This document shows, in pieces, positions 51,433-60,600 of a stretch of 64,000 nucleotides of DNA (its first letter is position 1; every line of letters begins with the position of its first letter). The translations under genes were made by a program, and so were the position numbers. The notes under the pieces were generated by a model that was given only the letters and a program-made list of their open reading frames with translations, had not been told where the DNA came from and made no database searches. The stretch is from Myxococcota bacterium (lineage in GTDB: Bacteria > Myxococcota_C > UBA6777), in NCBI GenBank assembly GCA_023150835.1, contig JAKLKB010000003.1, forward strand, positions 46,607-110,606. The letters run 5' to 3'.

Positions 51433-51989
51433 CGGCCACCTCCCCGCGCTCTCAAGTCGATCCAGACGCCTTCGGCCTTCTCCACAACGGGATAGCGCAC
51501 CAACCCAGACCGCGCAGGCCCGGCCAAACGCGCTCCCATCCGATCAAATCGCGCCCCATGACACGGACATTCATAACCATCAGGCTCTGCATCGACCTCA
51601 CACCCCCGATGACTGCACCGCGATAGCAAAGCAACGTACCCCTCCGAAAGCTTTCGCAAATAGATCGGCGGCCCCCATCCTCCCGCACGCAACGACAACA
51701 CAGTCTGCGCGTCCTTGAGCGATACCAACTTCGCACGAGGAACCAAAGCCCATCCCCCTTGGATCGGCGCTTCATAAGCAACCTGTTTGACACACCCCAC
51801 ACCGCCAAATGCTGCACCACTCGCCAACACCAACGCCACCCGACCCAGCCGCCCCAACAACGCACGGCGCGTACACTCCGCCTCACCATCCCCCGTCGCT
51901 TCGGCCTCGCCCTCCTCCCAAAGTTGCTCGGCGTTTTCGTCGCGTTGCTGACAACCCATGCACAAAGGCGCACACTCTAATTTCTCCAT
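51429..51989 (-). CDS. Rieske [2Fe-2S] domain protein with Tat-like signal and extra N-terminal CxxCxxC cluster
   Basis: CSHRGC ... CPCHGARF is the Rieske CxH...CxxH pattern. RRALLGRLGRVALVLASGAAF is a twin-arginine-like signal. An extra Cys cluster CAPLCMGC precedes it. The start MEKLE at about 51989 is preferred over the longer ORF. Confidence 0.65.
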   Translation of the reverse strand: MEKLECAPLCMGCQQRDENAEQLWEEGEAEATGDGEAECTRRALLGRLGRVALVLASGAAFGGVGCVKQVAYEAPIQGGWALVPRAKLVSLKDAQTVLSLRAGGWGPPIYLRKLSEGYVALLSRCSHRGCEVDAEPDGYECPCHGARFDRMGARLAGPARSGLVRYPVVEKAEGVWIDLRARGGGR

Positions 51990-52127
51990 GTTCCGTTGCT
52001 TACCTCGGCTCTTTCTCTCAATCCAATAGAAATAAGACTTCACCTGCGCCCTTGGCGCGGCTCCAAGAAGCAAGAGGATAAAAGCAAAGCTAAAAGGATG
52101 CAAATCCTTTTTTAGCAAAGGCTAAAA

Positions 52128-53000
52128 TTAGCTTTTCGACTGGATCAAAGCGCGGGCTTGTCGGCGGACGGCTTCACGCAAAGCGTTGGATTTGGCGAGG
52201 ATACGCAAGTTCTCTTGGCGCAGTTGCCGCAACAATTGAAGAGCCAACGGTGTGGGCGTTTTTGGATGACGAACGGCCAACATCTTTAAGTCTTCGCTGC
52301 CTTGAAAGCGCCGATCTTTGAGGAGCATCTGGATGATCTCGCCTGTAATGTGTTTATTTCGCATCATGCTCTGGGCTTCGTCTAAACTCAGTCGAGGATT
52401 TTGCAGCAAAAGCTTCAAGACTTGTGGATGAGCATCTTGCGTCAGCAATGCTCTTTCCTGTCGATCTGCCCGTATCGCCAAGCGTGCGCGCTCAAATGTG
52501 CCGCGTTCTTTGAGCTGATGCAGCACAGAGATATCCCCGACCCGTCGGATGGACTCGCCTTCTGTCGCCGCTTCGGCCTCCAAAGCTGCCATCTCTTCTT
52601 CCGACAACTTTTCTCCCACGTATGGCTCTTCTCCCTCGATCTCATCGGATGAGGCGATGGCTTCGGATGCAGCCCATGCTCCCATGCGCTCGTGGGCTGT
52701 CGCAAGCTCTTTTTGTGCGTTTGGATCTTGACGGATCTGTATCGTCATGCCGACCCCTTCGGCCATACGCATCACTTGGACCACTTCGCCTCGCAACGAT
52801 ACCGACGTACCATCAGGCAGCAACAAAGCGATCTGCACCTGCGCAAACGCCGACAAAGCCCGTTCAAACACAGCGTACAGAAAGCCCTGTTGAAGTCCTT
52901 GTTGGTATAGCGAAACAAACGTTTGCGCTTCGCTACATACCAATTCAACCCTTGCATCCGAAGAATCCGAACCTTCTTGCAACCCTCTTACCGACCACAT
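52128..53000 (-). CDS. Hypothetical protein, possible PilZ-like N-terminal domain and Leu-rich helical C-terminal domain
   Basis: Only a weak resemblance. RBS GGACGGAG. Confidence 0.35.
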   Translation of the reverse strand: MWSVRGLQEGSDSSDARVELVCSEAQTFVSLYQQGLQQGFLYAVFERALSAFAQVQIALLLPDGTSVSLRGEVVQVMRMAEGVGMTIQIRQDPNAQKELATAHERMGAWAASEAIASSDEIEGEEPYVGEKLSEEEMAALEAEAATEGESIRRVGDISVLHQLKERGTFERARLAIRADRQERALLTQDAHPQVLKLLLQNPRLSLDEAQSMMRNKHITGEIIQMLLKDRRFQGSEDLKMLAVRHPKTPTPLALQLLRQLRQENLRILAKSNALREAVRRQARALIQSKS

Positions 53001-53355
53001 CGCCTACTCCGTCCGTTTGGCTTGATGAAAGACCACATCCTGCTTCGACCCTACACCAAAGGCGTCGTCCTGCACACCTCTCTCCAGCCTCGAAGACGAT
53101 ACGCCTTGACCTTGCGGGCCTTGTTCACTACGCTATCGCCCGAATCTCGGCACGTTATCGCCCGAATCTCAGCGATCCGAGCGACCGCCAAGATCGCCTC
53201 GCACCGTAAAACATTCTTTGCGCTGCGACCTTGCCCATGCCATGCTCGCAACTCTTCACTCAATTTTCACGCGACGCCTACAACCCCTTCAAGTCTTCTC
53301 TGCACTTAGCGCGATGTTGCGCCACTCTTCTTTCCCGCCCAAAAAAAGAGGCCCG

Positions 53356-53904
53356 ATGAAGACACACACAACTCCTGCCTCTCTTCGCCTTCTTGCCACA
53401 CTCGGCCTTTGTATGGCGTTGTTTTTCTTTGGCAAACGCTGGTATCAGCAAGCCGAGACCTCATCGCTGCTTTGGCTACTCGGCCCCACCACGCAGGCGC
53501 TGTCTTGGTGGTCTGGAAAGACCTATCACTTCGTGGTGTCTGAAGGATTTTTACGAGAAGATGGCGCTTTGCTGATCCACAAAAACTGTTCCGGTTTTCA
53601 GTTTTTTTTACTTGCGCTGCTTGTCTCATGGTCTTCTCTGCTGTATCACGCTCGCTCTTTTCGTACAGGCTTTGTTCGCTTTTTGATCAGCAGTTGTGCA
53701 GCGTATCTGTTGACCTTGCTTGCCAATACCGCACGCATTCTTTCCGCTGAACACTTGGCTGCCATGCCATCGATCGCGTCACACATCGCCGCCGACACCC
53801 TTCATCAAAGTGTCGGGATCTTTGTGTACTTCAGCTTTTTGGTGCTCTTTTCTCTTTGCCTTTGGAGTGTACCCGATGAACGTCCCAACCCAACCCCATC
53901 TTGA
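53356..53904 (+). CDS. Mini exosortase/archaeosortase-family-like integral membrane protein (182 aa)
   Basis: It starts at MKTHTT with an AAAGAGG RBS and has about 5 TM helices. NCSGFQ lies in one helix and LLANTARIL in the next, giving the exosortase-type Cys and Asn-x-x-Arg arrangement. The gene end overlaps the next ORF by 29 nt. Confidence 0.55.
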   Translation: MKTHTTPASLRLLATLGLCMALFFFGKRWYQQAETSSLLWLLGPTTQALSWWSGKTYHFVVSEGFLREDGALLIHKNCSGFQFFLLALLVSWSSLLYHARSFRTGFVRFLISSCAAYLLTLLANTARILSAEHLAAMPSIASHIAADTLHQSVGIFVYFSFLVLFSLCLWSVPDERPNPTPS

Positions 53905-56900
53905 ACCCGCCGAACCATCTAGGCAACTGGATCTACAAAGCAGCAACCATCCCTACTGGCTATTGCTCAGCCTCACTCTCCCACAAGTCTTGTTGTGGTT
54001 GGCTTTTTTCTATCAATACATCTTGATCCAAAGTCTTTTATCTGACAAGAGTAAAGGCTATTGGGCAGATTATGGAATGCTGATCGGCGCAGGGATTGTT
54101 GGATCGATCTTTGTTGCATGCTTTTTCCGATACAAACGTCATCCTCTTCCTGCATGGCTCGCTCCGCTGCTTTTGTTCGGATATATCGGCCTTCTTTATT
54201 TTTCGATCAAAGATATGCCCCAGCTTTTACCGTTCAACATCCCGCAGTGGATGAGCCAACGAGAAGAATTATCACTTCTTCCTTTTGCTTTCACGATGCC
54301 TGTTCTTTTTCATGCTTTGTTGATGTTGATCGCTTACTTTACGCCGAACCAAGACGAGACGGCCTCTTTCCCTAATTTCTTTTATGCGCTGCTGATCCCG
54401 TTGATCTGGTACTTTTTTATCCAGATCCTTGTGCCGTATTTGCGAACAAAAACGTACCTTTCGGAGCGCCTTTTTCTGATCTTTTTTATCTGCACAACGG
54501 TTTGTTTTTTCTTTTTTCTTTTGCGCGGTGTGCTGTTGGCCCTGCGAAAGAACCAAAAAACATCGCGTTATGCCCCATTCTGGCGTCTTTTGATCGCGTT
54601 GATCTTACCGCTTGCTGGGCTGGTGACCTACAACGCACGCAGCCTTTTTGGAATGCGCGGGATGCACACGCCTCAGATCGTTGGCGAACTCAGCCATCCG
54701 CTTTTCTATCTTTGCGCGATCCTCGCGGCAGGTGCGCTGCTTGCTCCATCTCCGCTGCTTCCACGCGCACGCTTGGCGCTGTTTTCGTTGCGTATGGTCG
54801 TGTATCCTTACACGCTGTTTTTCTTTGTGATCTTCTTGCCTTTCTTGCCTTTGTCGTTGCTTGCGATCTTGGTGATGGGTCTGGGTTTTCTGATGCTTGC
54901 TCCGACCCTGTTGATGATCTTGCACAGCAGGACACTCGCAGAAGAATGGAGAGCGCTTCGCCTGCATTACCGCACAACCCTGCTTGGTCTCGTTGCTGTC
55001 CTTTCCTTTTTTGCCGTCCCCTCTGGCATCCTCACTTATCTGTTCCAAGAACGCGCCACACTCCACCGCGCACTCGCCTATCTTTATCAGCCCGATCACC
55101 TGCGCGTCCAAGCCCCCGATATCTATCCCGCTCTCCTGCGCAACAGCATCGACGCTCTGCGCCAACACCACCAGCGCAGACGTGGACGCCGTTTCGTGAT
55201 CGCGGACGAAAAGCGTGTACCCTTTCTGACTTCTCTTTACAAAAGCATCGTGCTTGACAATATGACTTTATCGCAAAACAAGATCAACGAACTCTCCCAA
55301 ACCTTTTTGGGCAACACTTCTCCCTCCCAAACCACGACTGCTCGCCTCTTCCGCCCCAACAGAGCCTCTCCATCCGCTTCACTTCAGCCCATCCCCCCCC
55401 AAACCACCGCGATATCGCCCCATCAGTCGCGCTCTCCCCAAAGTACCGTCGCTTCGACCTCTCCTCCGCGCTCTCCCCAAAGTACCGTCGCTTCGACCTC
55501 TCCTCCGCGCTCTCCCCAAAGTACCGTCGCTTCGACCTCTCAACCAAACGTGAAGATTGCTCAACCATCCCCTGCGTCGGCCTCCAAGATGTTTACACCG
55601 TCTCCGTCTGTAAGCACCCAAACCGCCCTTTCCGCCACAAGGCCAACTTCTGCCACAGCCGCGACAGCCAGCCCCCACGCAGCCACGCAGCCCACCGTCG
55701 CCGCTGCTCAACCAGCATTTCGCATCACTACACCCAAGATCACACACTTACAAACCAGCACACACTACGATCCAACGATCCACGCTTACAAAAGCACGAT
55801 CCTTCTTCGGATCACGAATTACGGGACTTGGCAGCAAGAATTCTCCACCTCTTTCCAGATCCCGCTCGGTGTTTGGGCGAGTGCCTATGCCCTTTGGATC
55901 GATGGGAAAAAAGTGGACGGTGCGCTCACCGAAAAAAAGGCGACGCTGTGGGTCTATCAACAGATCGTTCGTGCGCGCCAAGATCCCGGCCTGTTGTACT
56001 ACGAAGACGCGACCACACTACGCCTGCGGGTGTTTCCCGTCCTTGCTCGCGAGACACGCCAAACGAGTTTCACGCTGTTGCACAAAGCGCCTTTTTCCTT
56101 TCAGATCGGCGCAAGCACACATCACCTCGACGATAGCCGTGTGCTCTCTCGGATGCAGCGCCCGATCGAACGGCTGTGGGGAGATCACCTGCTGTTCTTC
56201 CCGCACGAACAAAAAGCCAAACTCCCCACGTTGACGCGCAAGCCTTATCTGCACGCGATCCTCGATTGTTCACAGGGACGAAAAAGCCATTATGCCCTCT
56301 ACATCGAACAGATCCGCAAGCTGCACCAACGCTACAACCTCGATCCCACGCACACCCGCGTCACCTTTGCGAACTATCAAGCCCACACCAGCGCTTGGTC
56401 CGCTGACTTGCTCCAACACCTCGAAAGCTATCCTGCCCAAGGCGGACTTTTTCTTGTCCGCGTCCTCAAACGCATCTACCTCGAACACGCCACCCAAGCA
56501 CGCGACTCTTTCCCTGTGGTCGTCGTACTCACCCCTCGCATCCAAGACGCGATCCTCAAACAAAGACTCCAAGGAGTCCCGTTTTTAAGTCCCGACGCTG
56601 CGTCTTTTTATAGCCTTAACCCGCAAGATCGGTTCACACGCCACAGCCTTTACGGTCCCTTACGCGATCAAGAGATCCAAAACACCGATCCTGCGACATT
56701 TCAGCCCTTTTCCTTGGGGACTGTGCGTACATGGCCAGACGCGCAGCATCCTCGCGTATTCTTGCGCAACGATGGACAAGATAGCCTCGTATTGCGCGTC
56801 CCTTACGTGGCTCAGATGCCGCCCACCGCACTTCCCAACGATCCGTGGCAAGCGGGACTTGCGATCTATGGGCGTTGGCTATTGCAACAGCTACGTTTGG

Positions 56901-57178
56901 GGGGACAAGAAAACTGGCTTGCGCAGATCCGTTGGAGTTGGTATGCCCGCATCCTCGGACCTCAGACCTCCTTTACTGTGCTGGAAAATCAAGCCCAATG
57001 GGAAGCCTTGCGCCGAAAACAACAGCAAGTCCTCGCAGGAAAAAGCTTTTTCGATCTGACCGAAGACGAAGGACCACGCCGTGCGGATGAACCGCCGCTC
57101 GGAGGGTTGGTGCTGTTGTTGGGGATGTTCTTCTTCTACTTTCTGCGCAAAACACGCAAAGCGCGGTCCCAGAATTAA
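53876..57178 (+). CDS. Giant polytopic membrane protein with S/P/T-rich repeat linker, large C-terminal globular domain and PEP/MSEP-CTERM-like terminal sorting signal
   Basis: About 10-12 TM helices in the first ~440 aa. 3x perfect SPPRSPQSTVAST repeats. A ~500-aa domain. The final residues ADEPPLGG-LVLLLGMFFFYFL-RKTRKARSQN give a motif, TM helix and basic cluster. The start at 53876 is coupled to the mini-exosortase gene. Confidence 0.65.
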   Translation: MNVPTQPHLEPAEPSRQLDLQSSNHPYWLLLSLTLPQVLLWLAFFYQYILIQSLLSDKSKGYWADYGMLIGAGIVGSIFVACFFRYKRHPLPAWLAPLLLFGYIGLLYFSIKDMPQLLPFNIPQWMSQREELSLLPFAFTMPVLFHALLMLIAYFTPNQDETASFPNFFYALLIPLIWYFFIQILVPYLRTKTYLSERLFLIFFICTTVCFFFFLLRGVLLALRKNQKTSRYAPFWRLLIALILPLAGLVTYNARSLFGMRGMHTPQIVGELSHPLFYLCAILAAGALLAPSPLLPRARLALFSLRMVVYPYTLFFFVIFLPFLPLSLLAILVMGLGFLMLAPTLLMILHSRTLAEEWRALRLHYRTTLLGLVAVLSFFAVPSGILTYLFQERATLHRALAYLYQPDHLRVQAPDIYPALLRNSIDALRQHHQRRRGRRFVIADEKRVPFLTSLYKSIVLDNMTLSQNKINELSQTFLGNTSPSQTTTARLFRPNRASPSASLQPIPPQTTAISPHQSRSPQSTVASTSPPRSPQSTVASTSPPRSPQSTVASTSQPNVKIAQPSPASASKMFTPSPSVSTQTALSATRPTSATAATASPHAATQPTVAAAQPAFRITTPKITHLQTSTHYDPTIHAYKSTILLRITNYGTWQQEFSTSFQIPLGVWASAYALWIDGKKVDGALTEKKATLWVYQQIVRARQDPGLLYYEDATTLRLRVFPVLARETRQTSFTLLHKAPFSFQIGASTHHLDDSRVLSRMQRPIERLWGDHLLFFPHEQKAKLPTLTRKPYLHAILDCSQGRKSHYALYIEQIRKLHQRYNLDPTHTRVTFANYQAHTSAWSADLLQHLESYPAQGGLFLVRVLKRIYLEHATQARDSFPVVVVLTPRIQDAILKQRLQGVPFLSPDAASFYSLNPQDRFTRHSLYGPLRDQEIQNTDPATFQPFSLGTVRTWPDAQHPRVFLRNDGQDSLVLRVPYVAQMPPTALPNDPWQAGLAIYGRWLLQQLRLGGQENWLAQIRWSWYARILGPQTSFTVLENQAQWEALRRKQQQVLAGKSFFDLTEDEGPRRADEPPLGGLVLLLGMFFFYFLRKTRKARSQN
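55429..55545 (+). repeat. 3x 39-bp perfect coding tandem repeat (ctctccccaaagtaccgtcgcttcgacctctcctccgcg)
   Basis: Seen directly. It encodes RSPQSTVASTSPP units in the linker of the target protein. Confidence 0.85.
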
Positions 57179-57202
57179 GCTTGGGTCGGCCCCCCCCTCA
57201 TT

Positions 57203-57448
57203 CCCCCCGGCCAACGGGGGGAAGTTGGAGCAGGCAAAGACGCACCCGCAGAAGTCGTACCTGCAAGAGAGACCACAGCGGCCAACGGGGGGAAGTTGGA
57301 GCAGGCAAAGACGCACCCGCAGAAGTCCAAGTGTTCGGGAACCGCCCGTGTATCGGGACATCGAGCAGCGAACGGACACGCTCACACAACCACAGAAGTT
57401 TACGTAGGGGCGGTTCGCGAACCGCCCGTGTATCGGGACATCGAGCAG
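57203..57448 (+). repeat. Intergenic direct-repeat cluster upstream of the Clp ATPase gene: 2x 48-bp unit (period 71) and 2x 30-bp unit
   Basis: ggccaacggggggaagttggagcaggcaaagacgcacccgcagaagtc occurs at 57209-57256 and 57280-57327. gaaccgcccgtgtatcgggacatcgagcag occurs at 57339-57368 and 57419-57448. The ccccccggccaacgggggg hairpin also occurs at 12636-12660. Confidence 0.8.
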
Positions 57449-57677
57449 TGTTGTCTTTCCGACAGCACAGACGAAGTGTCCGAGTGTTCGGGGTGGGGGG
57501 CCAACCATCGCTTAACAAGGCGCGTATGGGGCGTCGCACAACGACGGGGTGAGGGTGAAACGAACATGGGAGGCCCTCTGGGTACTTGCCAGAACAAGCG
57601 AACCTGCGCAAGATCCATCCGTCCATAAGGCCCGCACCGATCGACCCGACGGATGCGCCCATCTTCACGGAGTTTGG

Positions 57678-60600
57678 ATGAACCCCCAAGACAGCACCCC
57701 CGCCAAAGACACCGCCCCCCAAGAAGCCCAACAAACCCAGATCATCAAGCTCAAGCTGTTTGTTCAAGAACACCACGACGGCCAATTTACCCTCGAAGTC
57801 CTCGGAAAACGCGATATCTGCGTGTACACACCCGACCTCGATCAAGGCCGCGAAGAACTGATGTTGATGCTTGTCGATCTCGTTGAACGCAGCCATCCCC
57901 GACTCCAAAGTAGCTTCCAACCCCCCGAAGATATCGAACACCACACCATCGAGATCCCCCGTGTGGTCTATGTTTCCGATGCTTCGGGACGTAGCGCAAC
58001 CCCAACCAAAGTATCGATGTTCCTTCAACGCGATCGCAAATGGCAACGTCTGTATTTTCCGCGCCTTGACTGCCATTACTGGCTATCGATCGAGGCTCCG
58101 CTCGAAGAAAATGCGATCTCCTTTCTTCAGCAACATCAGTTTAAAAAGATGAGCGATCACGCTCGCCTCAATCAGCGCTATGAGAAAAAAGAATGGATCG
58201 AAGAGTTGGAGATCGAAGCGATCCGTCCTCCCCTCGAAGAGTTTACAGGCCGGTATCTTGGGGTAGATCTGTTGCCGACTCCTGCGGAGCGCAAAGAAGC
58301 CGAAGAAAAAGAAGAGGAAGAAAACGCCCAAAAGCAAGGAAAAAAAGGCAAGAAGCGCCCGAATACACCGACATTTAAGAAGATCGGGATCCCGATCGCA
58401 CAACAAGCCAAAGACAAAGAACTCGAACATGCCTACGGACGGGACAAAGAGATCGAGTCGTTGTTTGGGATGCTGCAAGCCAAAGGCGGCAAAGCCATCG
58501 TACTAGTCGGTCCTTCGGGCTGTGGCAAAAGCGCCTTGTTGTCGGAGTTGGCCTATCGCGTGACGCACCCTGACACCCCCGAAGCCCTGCGCGAACGGCC
58601 TATTTGGTTTGCTGATGCCAACCGCGTCGTCGCAACAGACGGATGGTTCGGCGACTGGCAAAGGCAGTGCCTTGATGTCATCCAAGAAGCCATCGATGCC
58701 GAAGTGATCTGGTACATCGGCGATGTCTTGCATCTGCTTGATGCCGGAAAAAACGTTCGTTCCGAGCAAAACGTCGCGATGATGCTCAAGCCCTATCTTG
58801 CAGGCCGTCGCATCACGGTGATCGGTGAGTGTTCCTCGCGCAACTTTGCACAGCTTGAGTTGCGCGATGTCGGATTCGCCCGTATGTTCAGCCCTTTTCG
58901 CCTCGAAGATCCCCCCCCCGAAACGATCCGCTCCATCCTTCAAGAAGTCTCCAAAGATCTCAAAAAAGAACGCGCCATCGACGTATCGAGCCAAGGCTTG
59001 GACACCACGATGGAACTCAGCCGACGCTTCCAAAGCTCCCAAAGCCTACTCGGCCACAGCGTGGCCTTTTTGCGCCGCCTTGTGGACGACGCTTCCAGCA
59101 CAGAAGCCCCCCCCAAAGAACCACTCGGACGCAACGAAGTGATCGCTCACTTTTGCTCAGAAACAGGGATGCCTGCTTTTTTGGTGCGCGATGATCTTCC
59201 CCTTGATCCCGAAGCGATCTGGATGAGCTTTCGCACCCGCTTGATCGGCCAAGAAGAAGCCATCCGCCGCATGACCGATCTTGTCGCCATGATCAAGGCT
59301 GGGCTCTCTGATCTAGGCCGTCCCCTCGGCTCTTTTCTTTTTGTCGGTCCCACCGGCGTCGGAAAAACAGAGATGGCCAAGTGCCTTACCAGCTTTTTGT
59401 TTGGCCGCGAAGACCGCTTGATCCGCTTTGATATGTCCGAGTTTATCGACGCTTCAAGCGTCTATCGCTTCCTTGGTGACGCCCAAAATGAAGGGAAATT
59501 AATTAGCGCCATCCGCCGCAACCCGTTTTCTGTGCTGTTGCTCGACGAGATCGAAAAAGCCCATCCTGCGGTCTTTGACGTCTTGCTCCAAGTCCTTGGC
59601 GAGGCCCGACTCACCGACGAAGCAGGCCGCACCGCCGATTTCCGAAACGTCGTCGTCTTGATGACCTCAAACCTTGGTGTCGGCACTTTTCGCCGCCAAG
59701 TCGGCTTCGATCAAGGCGATGCGCTGCGCTTTCGCGATCACTTTCTGGCCGAAGCCGAACGCTTCTTTCGCCCCGAATTCTTCAACCGTATCGACTACAT
59801 CATCCCCTTTATGCCCCTCGAAAGCGAAGCCATCCATCAGATCACTGTGCGCGAGATGAACAAGTTCTTGCGCCGCGAAGGCATTCAACACCGCGAACTC
59901 CAACTCCAGATCGATCCGCTCGTCCATCCGTGGCTTGCCGAACGCGGCGTCAACCCACGCTACGGCGCACGCCCGCTCAAGCGCGTGCTTGAACAACAGC
60001 TAACCGCCCCTCTCGCACGACACCTTTCGAGCCAACGCGGCCCGCACATCGGACAGATCGGCGTCCAACCCGAAAAAGAAGCCCTTCAATTTACCAACCT
60101 CGGACAATCCAAACGCCAAGACACCCAACAAGCGCGAGCCACACTTCAAAAGCTGCTCGAACAGATCGGACTGGTTCGCTACCGCGCTCAGCGTTGGTCG
60201 CGTACCACCCTCTTTCGCGAACTCCACCAAAAAGTCCGCTTGTTTGATCGCCTCAGCCAGTCCCCCAACTTTTGGAACGATCACCATACCGCCGAACAAT
60301 ACGTCAAAAACATCGACGCAGAGCGCCAAGTCATCGAACAGTACCGCAGTTTTCAAGAGATGATCTGCTCCATCGAAGACCTCGCTTACGAGACTTATTA
60401 CGATCGCTCCGTCTCACAAAAACACACACTCGAAGAAGAACTTGCGCAGGCCGAAAAAAGCCTTGAAGCCTTGGAGTTTCAACTGTACGGTCAGCGCTTC
60501 CAACACCCCAACGCAGCGACCCTGTACTTTGAACCCGGCAAAAGCGCCGCAGGATTCTTGCGGGCCCTGCTTGAAACCTACATCGAGATCGCCATCGAAC

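Noticed and set aside
51429-52118. Longer Rieske ORF starting at 52118 (MLKKDLHPFS...)
   Set aside because: The first 43 codons are hydrophobic or basic filler, with no RBS that I could see. MEKLE at about 51989 has a GAGGTAAG RBS and leads directly into the Cys cluster and Tat-like signal.
57203-57448. Possible CRISPR array
   Set aside because: There are only two copies each of two different repeat units, unequal spacing (a 23-bp spacer), a partially palindromic GC hairpin and no cas genes. It is better explained as regulatory direct repeats or repeat-element debris.
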